From Eledone cirrhosa (taxonomy: Eukaryota): a stretch of DNA of 64,000 nt. Shown piece after piece: positions 54,286 to 64,000 of this stretch. A program made the translations under genes and the position numbers. How positions within the stretch are numbered: position 1 is the first letter of the stretch; each line of letters opens with the position of its first letter. Location of the stretch: the NCBI GenBank assembly GCA_964016885.1, contig OZ024758.1, forward strand, positions 4,154,001-4,218,000. Direction: 5' to 3'. Below the pieces are notes generated by a model. The model did not search any database. It was not told where the DNA came from and worked only from the letters and a program-made list of their open reading frames with translations.

Positions 54286-55093
54286 AAAAGGAAAGATAAA
54301 ATAACAGACAGACATAGTGAAATATGTGCATCTCAAGTATGATATAGAGGAACTTGAGATAAGGGAGGAGTTGTTTGGACTACAGTCTATTTGTTCTGGG
54401 AATAAGATACTCCTTCGATTCCAAACATGTAGATTTACAAGATCTAATACAAGCAATATGTTAGACGTCAAATATAGTAACATCTGTTGACAAGTAAACC
54501 TTCCGCCAACTTGCAAAATTCCACAACATTCCAGTTATATTGACATAGTTATCATGTGCCATTTTCAAGGGTTCCCTGTTATCACAAGCAATTGCTGTAT
54601 GCCAGCACGTGTATCAGTTAGTGTGGGTGTGTTTAGGTGTGGGTGTGCGTGTTTAGGTGTGCGTGTTGGTGTGTGGATGTGGGTCTGTGGGTGTGTGTGT
54701 CTCAATGTTTACATCTGTAAGTTAGGTAGTGCGTGTATGTGAGTGTGTGAATTTGTCTGTCCGAATATGTCTCCTTACAAATTTACTCGTATTTTTTCAG
54801 AGATGTTTACATACATTACTATTGTGCTAGCACATATCTATATCTATATATATATATATATATATATACACATACATATTGTAGTGTTTGCACACACTCA
54901 ATCATACTATGTATGACAACAAAATTAATAATTAAATTATATGAACAATGATCCTGTATATTGTCCGGTGTATTAGTGACAAACATTTCATTTTTCTCTA
55001 TACAATATATATCTCCACTTATTCCAAGCGTGAAACTAATACAACTGTGTAGTTTTGTGTTTGTTTTTTTTTTGTTTAATCCATCAAGTATAT

Positions 55094-55130
<37 letters not shown>

Positions 55131-55689
55131 GGTGTGTGAGAGGGTGCGTGAGAGGGTGTGTAAAGAATCATTATGTAACTACAGAGAGAGTGACTTTAGA
55201 AAAGACTTGTATTCTTATGTTAAGCTACAATGTTTGAATAATATAAGCAAATGTAAAGATTCGGTAGTGTTTATATTGAATATTTATTAGGGTCGTTATA
55301 CATTATAATAAACAAGAAGGAATGGAATTGTGGTATTATATTTCTGTTTTATGTTCTTCGCCTTATATCTCTTCATTAAATCTAGCCGAAACTTCTTGAC
55401 TATTTCTTCTGAATATTATAAATGATTACTAGTATCATAGTAATGTCACATACGCTCTATAAAAGGTGTCCGCAGTGTTCGGATATTCAACAGAATAATG
55501 ACGTGTGTATGTAACACTTACATGCACACACACATGTATGTACACGTAAATACATCGTATCATACACATACTTGTATTGTATGCGTGTACAACTATCTCT
55601 ATATATATATATATATATATATATGGGTGTATGTGTTTTTAATTCTCAAAAACACACCACACATATATACAGACATATACACATATATA

Positions 55690-56365
55690 AATACACATAA
55701 ATACACACAGAAATACACATATATATATAAATACACATATAAATACACATATATATATAAATAAATACACATATATATATAAATAAATACATATATATAT
55801 ATAAATAAATACATATATATATATATAAATAAATACATATATATATATATAAATAAATACATATATATATATAAATAAATACATATATATATATATAAAT
55901 AAATACATATATATATATATAAATAAATACATATATATATATATAAATAAATACATATATATATATATAAATAAATACATATATATATATATAAATAAAT
56001 ACATATATATATATAAATAAATACATATATATATATAAATAAATACATATATATATATAGATAAATACATATATATATATAGATAAATACATATATATAT
56101 ATATAAATAAATACATATATATATATATAAATAAATACATATATATATATAAATACACATATATAAATGCACATATATATATATATATATAAATGCATAT
56201 ATATATATATAAATACACATATATATATAAATACACACATATATATATATATATATAAATACACATATATATATATAAATGCACATATATATATAAATAC
56301 ACATAAATACACATAAATACACATATATAAATACACATATACATAAATACATATTTATATACATA
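55690..56365. repeat. AAATAAATAC+(AT)n minisatellite (22-24 bp units)
   Basis: Directly visible. Confidence 0.93.
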
Positions 56366-59300
56366 TATACAGAGAGTCCCAAAGAAATCTATACATATAT
56401 TTATTAGAATGTTGATGTGTGTACACATTTTTGGGGACATCTTGTATATATACATGTATATATCTATGTGTGTGCGTGCGTGAGTGCGTGTATAACAGCA
56501 CAAACACGTCCCGATAAACATATCCTCCTTATATGAAGAATATCTCAAGAGAACTAGATATCTGCTTGAATTAGTGTAGCATTAATAGTGCTTGTTATGT
56601 CTAATGTCAGTTTTATCCGTTCATTCAGAAAACGCTATTGTATCTCCGACAATTTATGCTGTTTTACTAAAAAGGCTTTATTCCAGCTTTGCAATTCATT
56701 TCTAAGATTGCAATGAAGCATTTTATTGCTTCACTAACCACATCATTGCTCTTCTTCTCTTTTATCTATTTCCTTTGTTACCCTTTTTAATATGTGTAAG
56801 AATTGAAGGAAAATTGTATTGGATTAAACGTGACACTTTCCGGGTTCAAATTTCTTCATTGCCGTTTTACATTCGTTATTCGTAGTTATATTATGTATTA
56901 TTGAAACGACTTTGCACCTCGTTTTAGAAACGTGTCTTTGTATAATAAATGAATGAACCATATAAGTATCCTTATAGCCAGATGTAAATTACGAGGAAGA
57001 ATTAATATTAGGAAGACAAATCCGTAATACATCGATTGAAGGACATTCGATAAAATACATTCTCAAAAGAACTAGTTTTGTTCTTGGTATGTTTAAACGA
57101 ACATGTATCATACTAGGTTGAAATATTGAGTATCCTAAACAACATTCCAGAACATATTTAGATGATTTGTATGCATCGCCTAATTTAATACATCAATTCT
57201 ATTGTCTATTTTTACTTTCATTTTATTTTTTCCCATTTTTATTGCTCTATTTGTAAACATTTTGAAAATTGTGTTCAAATTAGAAGAATATTTCTTTTCA
57301 ATTTCGCTCCAACTCCATGTAATCTTTTAAGCGCCTGCCTGAAAATTCAAGGTAAATTACTATTTCCATGTTAACCGCCATTTGTGTTTTGTTAAAGAGA
57401 CTGTATTTTTCCCTATTTTAATAATATTCACCGCATCTAAATCAAACGATTTTACAGGTTATGCATTTTATCTGCAACTACAAATTTACAAATTCTGTCA
57501 AGTAAACAAATCTTTTTATTTTTTTTCCTATTTATAATTAATATTTTAAGTTTCTCTTTATACGGTGAAATTTTTACTGATCTATGATGAATCCAGGATT
57601 ATTAGGGTCTTGGGATTTGAATAACAATTCCGGGATGATGATATTACTTCAAGTGCTATCGTAAAATATGGCATTAATAATATTCTAAAAAAATCGCAAA
57701 TCCATTAAATTGTGCAGCACTACGAATCAGTAGTTTCTCCTAATAATTGCATAAAACTAAAATAGAAATAATCTGTCGTTCATTATTAATGCCTTCACTA
57801 AGAAATATCCTGTCACGTCACCATAAAAATAATTTTTTCTATCATTAAATATTAGCCCGAGTATTTTGCAAACGTTCAAACATTTGTTACTATTTTGCAG
57901 GTCATGCCACATCTAATATAATAACCTTTGGAATCCATTGCCGATTACATTCTCGTCATAAGACGCGAATAAAAATGTTTGCACTTAACCTAATGCAATC
58001 GTCTGAAGAAGAAAACGCTGTTTTTATTTTCTCAATTAAAAACTACTAATCCACATGCATAACATAATTTGGTCCATAATTTTTTTCCCGTAATAAATCA
58101 AAACTTGCTGTCATATAACATTTTTGAAGAACATCATTTAGGTTGGGACGGAAGGTTTGCAGTGAATGTTTGTAACCTACTTGCATAAAGAAAAACGTAA
58201 AAAGCATAAAAATAATAATTACCATATTTTAATTTTCACTAATTGCATTTTGATTTCAAATCTTGCTGTTGTGGATTTTATTCCAAATTTGTGAAAATCT
58301 TTCACATATGGAACTGCCGGGATGACAAATTTCACAACACCGAAATATTTCACCCTATCACTTAAAGTAAGGCCAAGACTGATTATGTGGTTGTTCATTT
58401 TGATAATTATTACCCGCATTTACTAAGGTAAGAATAGTCCAACGTATGATGTATTCGCCGTTTAAACAATTTAATTACCTTCATGTCTGAACAAATAGAC
58501 TCGCACATTACTGCATTTCATTTTATGAATTTTAATCAAATGAAACTTCAGTAAATTTCCTTGTTCCTTGTGAAAGGAATTAGTCATTATATTAATGACG
58601 TTCTCCTCAATATAAATATTATTTTCAATAATTTCATTTCCATAACTCTATGAGTAGCATACATGAACTGCAAGCAATTGATATACATATTTCTATGTAT
58701 ATTCTACTAGAAGATAGAATATCTGATAACTAGTGATATATTTTATCGGCAACTATGAGATTACACATACACACACACATGCTCATACACACGCAGACAT
58801 ACACACGCATATATATATATATATATACGTGCGTGAGTGTGAGTAAATATAAATAAATATTTATATATATATATATATATACGTGTGTGTGTGTGTGTGT
58901 GTGTGTAAATATGTGTGTGTGTGTGTGCGCGCGCGTGCAAATATAAATAGATGTGTATGTGTGCACACACACACACACACACACACAATGTTTATTTCTG
59001 TCAGTAGCAGTCGATCTACAGTCCAATAGAGGAAATATAACTGGGATTGACTTCCATCTTTATACTATCAACTAAAATACTGGTCAGCATAAAATATTAG
59101 TAGTCTTTTGATCTTAGGAATCGATGTTTTTTTTTTCTTTAACCTTCTATCTGATATGGCTGGTGTTGTTTAATGGTATAACCATTAATATACTTTTACA
59201 GTCATAATTGGTAATCATCATGCAGATATCACCACGGCATACTATGTGATATAATTTTAAAGCAGCAAAACTATTAGTCTTATGTGTATCATTCACACAG

Positions 59301-60835
59301 AAATAGTAAAAAAAATATTGAATTTTACTGTCTCTCATATCTATATATATAGTATAATAATAATGATAATAATAATATAGATATCTGACGCTATGATCAT
59401 TGTATATATCTCATTTATACTTTATGCTATACTTCTGAAAAATGGACATTGTACACTACATCCATCATGATCGTAAGACATGAATTATTGTAAAGGGAGG
59501 TAACTATGAAAAGTGACTACAAATGGGGGGAACTTGTGCACAGTTTGTAATTCAAAGAAATTATATTCTTTTACATTAATATCCGATAATTTGGTCTATA
59601 CCACTTTCTCAGAATGAATTTTGCTTCGTGTGGACAGCTAATAAAGCAGTGCAGTGGGGGTGGCTATTTAAGCAATGTTTCTCTGAAGCAAGTTGCGAGA
59701 ATATATTCCACTTTTACGATTTATATTGTCTAAAAGATGTATTTATTTATAGCTAAATTAAAAATTACCTAGGTTTGGAGAACTCTCGTGTATTTTTTTA
59801 AAAATCGTCAAGCCAATCTATGGAGATCGGCCACTTTTATTGTATATAACAAGCTGAATATGTTGGGGTGTATAACCCAACGAAACATAAGTAAGTTTAT
59901 ATGCCACTGTTGTAACTAATTATATCTATACATTATAAATATATATATTTCCCCATGACTCCCGGTACTTAATTAACTCAATAATATATTCTTGTATACT
60001 TTACAAATAGTACCTCTGTCCTATTTCTCCAATAATGTATGACATCAATTGACGTGGATCTTGACTAAATAAATGTTTTACAACAAATTAAGGTTTCGAA
60101 TAAAAATCTCCTTCCGTTTACAATAAGCTGTGACAGCAGACCAGTTCAACGACTTAAAATGTATCAGGTAAGGTTTATATTAATCGTTATATTTCAAGTG
60201 TTTGCCGAGAAAACTAAATAAATATAAATATTTCAATTGGAGTTAACCTTTAAAATGCGCTAAATCTACGACATAGTAAAATGGTCACACACACACACAG
60301 TACGCGTGCGTACGTGCGTGCGTGCCAGCCAGCCAGTGTGTGTGTGTGGTGCGTTTATGCTCATTGATGCGGTCTCTCTCTCACTCTGTTATTCTAATTA
60401 TTTGAATGTTGTCTGGAATTATTTGTTGTAGCATGATCACAGTTGGTGTCTAGACATCACTCTTATATAATAATTTCCAACGTAATAGAAAATATTCATA
60501 TATGTTTTGTCTAAAGCTCTTAGTAAATACATTCACTTTGTGGAAATGGTCTGCAAAATTTGTCGAATTTACTGTCCGTATATTAAAATATTCGGTCCAT
60601 TGGCACAGCAGGTAAATATATGCATTAACGAATGTTCTGCTTCATAGGATACAGAAAATTTAATCAAATCCTCACCGAAGAGTATCACATATACTTGCAT
60701 AACATTAATATCTCTGCTCTACAAGCTGTTCTGACAATTCAATAAAACAAATAGCTAGTTCAGATCAATTAAACCTCTCCTTCTAGGTAGATAATAATGG
60801 CAGCCAGTCCATACATAATCCCCAGCACACTACTG

Positions 60836-60879
60836 TGTCATGTCAAATATATTTAATATCCTCTCACTCAGACCAACTG

Positions 60880-60926
<47 letters not shown>

Positions 60927-60948
60927 CAGTCCGGCCTTCTGTTGTCAT

Positions 60949-60994
<46 letters not shown>

Positions 60995-61036
60995 GTTGGT
61001 TTGAGTGAGAGGATATTAAATATAGTTGATATGACA
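60836..61036. repeat. 44-bp inverted repeat enclosing two (TA)n tracts
   Basis: 60836-60879 matches the reverse complement of 60993-61036 at 41/44 positions. Confidence 0.9.
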
Positions 61037-61039
61037 TAC

Positions 61040-61113
<74 letters not shown>

Positions 61114-61214
61114 GTGTGCGTGTGTGTGTGCGTGTGTGCGTGTGCGTGTGTGCGCGCGCGTGTGCGTATGTGTGCGTGCGCGTATGCGTGTGTGTGAGGA
61201 TAGATGAGGTGACT

Positions 61215-61268
<54 letters not shown>

Positions 61269-61407
61269 GATAAACGAGGTGACATATTTTATAAATATAT
61301 ATATAATATATATAACATATACATTATATATATATATATAACATATATATGTATATGAGGAAAGATGAATTTACTTATATTATGTATGTATAAATATATA
61401 TATTTAT

Positions 61408-61593
61408 GTAGTTGATATATATATGTAGTTGATATATATATATATGTAGTTGATATATATATATATGTAGTTGATATATATATATATGTAGTTGATATAT
61501 ATATATATGTAGTTGATATATATATATATGTAGTTGATATATATATATATGTAGTTGATATATATATATGTAGTTGATATATATATATGTAGT

Positions 61594-61600
<7 letters not shown>
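61408..61600. repeat. GTAGTTGA+(TA)n minisatellite of about 21 bp
   Basis: About 10 units, directly visible. Confidence 0.93.
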
Positions 61601-61631
<31 letters not shown>

Positions 61632-62178
61632 TTGTGTGTGGGTATCTGTACGTGCGTAAATAAATGTATGTATATGTGCTACATAAATCGTTTAATACAC
61701 TTAGCGATAATATTACAAGTTGTCTCACTATATGTTCTCATATATATAGTCCCACCTACACAAAGAGGCGATTTAATTTCTAAAACAATGAAATAGTTTC
61801 TTCATATAGAATATGTTTGTCTATCACGGTTTTATATTTTAAATCTTTTATATCTTTATGAAATTTTTCTAAAGTCAAACTCGTTTTATGTTCATAATAT
61901 TTCTCATCTCATCTCTTCTTTTATATTCGAAATTCTATCCATGTATATTATGATGCAATGTTCTTGATATTGCTCTTTGGTGTGGTTTTGATTCCCACCT
62001 ACTCATCAGAATCTCAGTTTATAGAGGGCCTGCCATTGACCATATTCAGCTCACACTTATATTACTGGGCACCGCCATGCATTATTTTGTCTTATTTTTC
62101 AGGATCTTACTGAAGGTTCAATAGAGAATTTCTAGCACGTCATTCACTGCAGGGAAATAATTACCTTATATTATCTCT

Positions 62179-62359
62179 GGGGCAGTGGATTGGCAGTAGC
62201 GGTAGAGGGTTCGATGTCATGCTTTGAGGCATAGAGTTGCGGCCCTTGCCATTCTGAGTTCACTTTGCCTTTCATCCTTACGGGGTCGATAAAATAAAGT
62301 ACCAGTAATGCACTGGGGTAATTGGTGGCCTTGTGCCAAAAGTAGAAACAATTATTATT
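62179..62359 (+). mobile_element. SINE family A copy (internal deletion after box B)
   Basis: GGGGCAGTGGATTGGCAGTAGCGGTAGAG head, core and tail. Confidence 0.9.
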
Positions 62360-62467
62360 GGCTATGTATTTGCTATTATTTCATGTGGGTGTTTCCAAAT
62401 GTCAGAACTAACTTATACACAATGAGCACTAACATGTAAGCTCAAATATCCGCAATAATGTAATAAT

Positions 62468-62595
62468 TGTTTCTACTTTTGGCACAAGGCCAGCAATTAT
62501 CCCAGTGTATTACTGGTACTTTATTTTATCGACCCCGTAAGGATGAAAGGAAAAGTTAACCTAGGCGGGATTTGAACTCAGAATGGCAAGGGCCG
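62468..62595 (-). mobile_element. SINE family A, 5'-truncated, with TSD
   Basis: 12-bp TSD TAATGTAATAAT at 62456-62467 and 62596-62607. Confidence 0.9.
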
Positions 62596-62663
62596 TAATG
62601 TAATAATACAAAGATTCTGTTAAATTCGTATTGTCATTGTTAGTTTTATTAATTTTTTTATTA

Positions 62664-62865
62664 ATGGCTTGGCAGTATCGGTAGAGGGTCGGACGCCATG
62701 CTTTGCAGCAAAGAGTTACAGACCTTTATAATCTGAGTTCAGATCCCGTTCCTTTTCATCCATACAGGGTTGATGAAATAAAGTACCAGTCACGCACTGG
62801 GTTCGATTTAATCGACTTTCCCCCTCCCCAAAAAATGCTGGCCTTGTGACTATATAAGAAACCAT
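62664..62865 (+). mobile_element. SINE family A long subtype
   Basis: Head, core, TCGATTTAATCGACTTTCCCCCTCCCC segment and tail. Confidence 0.88.
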
Positions 62866-63260
62866 TAATTTCCATATTGGTTACAACAGATCAGTTTTAA
62901 ATTTAAAAAAACCTATAATTTAATCAATGCAGGTGTAACATGCTCTAACACTGTTTAAGATTATAGAATTTCACATGAGTCAGATCCATTTGCTTTATCT
63001 AGATAAACGATTGACTATTTAGCCCAGAGGTTCCCAAAATGTATAGGCTACTGCCCCACTCAAAGAAACGTGGCACCCTCAGCGCCCCCACCCCTATTTC
63101 CAGAGAGATCTACCGTCAGGCAAATTGGAAATAATATACAATAAATAAATCTTTAATTTATATATAATAAATATTATAATATATACTATGTATAAATAGA
63201 TATAGTATTTTGTTTTTATTTTACTATATATATATATATATAGTATATATAAAATAGACC

Positions 63261-63400
63261 CAGCGTAGTTACGTCCCTTTACGATCTGAGTTCAAATCCC
63301 GCTGAGGTTAACTTTGCCTTTCATACTTACGGGGTTCATAAAATAAAGTACCAGTAATATACTGGGTATTTGCTGGCATTGTGCCAAAAGTAGACAGAAT
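63261..63400 (+). mobile_element. SINE family A, 5'-truncated
   Basis: Box B, core and tail are present. Confidence 0.88.
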
Positions 63401-63419
63401 TATATCATTTCTACCACCA

Positions 63420-63598
63420 GTGGTTTGGCAGAATCGGTAGAGCGTCACACACCATGGTTTGTAGCATAGTTATGGCCCTTTCTGTTATGAGTTCAAATCC
63501 GCCAAGGTTAACTTTGCCTTTCATCCTTACGAGGTCGATAAAATAAAGTACCAGCGATGCACTGGGGTAATCGCTGGCTTTGTGCCAAAAGTAGAAAC
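63420..63598 (+). mobile_element. SINE family A, full length with TSD
   Basis: 19-bp TSD TATATCATTTCTACCACCA at 63401-63419 and 63599-63617. Confidence 0.92.
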
Positions 63599-64000
63599 TA
63601 TATCATTTCTACCACCACCTTAGGCCCCAGAGCCCCTGCGGAACTTCTTAACGCTCCCCAAGTAGTGGTAGAGCCCACTCTGAGGACCTCTGTCTTAGAC
63701 GGTCTTTCGTTGGCTTATGATTAATAAGAATATTTTAGTATGTTATTCTATGCTTTGTGAAGGATAGCGGAAACCATTTGAATAAAGTCGGTGGAACGTT
63801 TGCTGTAACAGATTCGGAGACACCATTTTGTTCTATGTAATTACAATAATGTTCAGGGAAATAGGGGAAAATGCAATAAATGGAATCTAGGAATTTTATG
63901 ATGTTTCTCAGCTCAATTTTATACGAAAGACAGAGCTCAATCTTCAGGCCAGACGTAAATTGTAAATGAAATAATGATTACATTTGTAAATCGTATGTTC

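Larger units (their letters stand above)
63025..63692. mobile_element. hAT-like MITE interrupted by two SINEs
   Basis: Ends CAGAGGTTCCCAAA / TGAGGACCTCTG. The flanking 8-mers ATTTAGCC and TCTTAGAC match at only 5/8 positions. Confidence 0.55.

Noticed and set aside
57450-58430. Degenerate Helitron Rep region (a PHAH/HMH.IIW-like stretch near 58045-58075)
   Set aside because: The resemblance needs several frameshifts and is too weak to support without a profile search.

Overview
This is AT-rich, microsatellite-dense eukaryotic DNA, intronic or intergenic. The SINE families and repeat make-up resemble an octopus/coleoid cephalopod genome, which is an inference from recalled consensus sequences. 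I can support no host protein-coding gene, tRNA/rRNA gene or CRISPR array, and almost all listed ORFs are translations of simple repeats. Recognisable content is: about 18 copies or fragments of a tRNA-headed SINE with a Nin/Deu-like core, several with clear target-site duplications (TSDs); a second tRNA-SINE family; R4/Dong and RTE LINE remnants; two copies of a ~550-600 bp bipartite RTE derivative sitting in (TATG)n; a 3'-truncated Tc1/mariner (maT/DD37D-like) transposase; hAT and Tc1-like MITEs; and many mini- and microsatellites. The most interesting signal is at least three unrelated families of short non-coding elements embedded in (TA)n. They share one architecture, an inverted arm or hairpin plus a unique tail, and carry hammerhead-ribozyme-like motifs at or near the inversion point, as expected for Penelope-like or retrozyme-like elements. 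Also notable are a dispersed 40-41 bp minisatellite carrying CRE palindromes (TGACGTCA), near-perfect palindromes centred on (TA)n, and inverted SINE arrangements able to form dsRNA.
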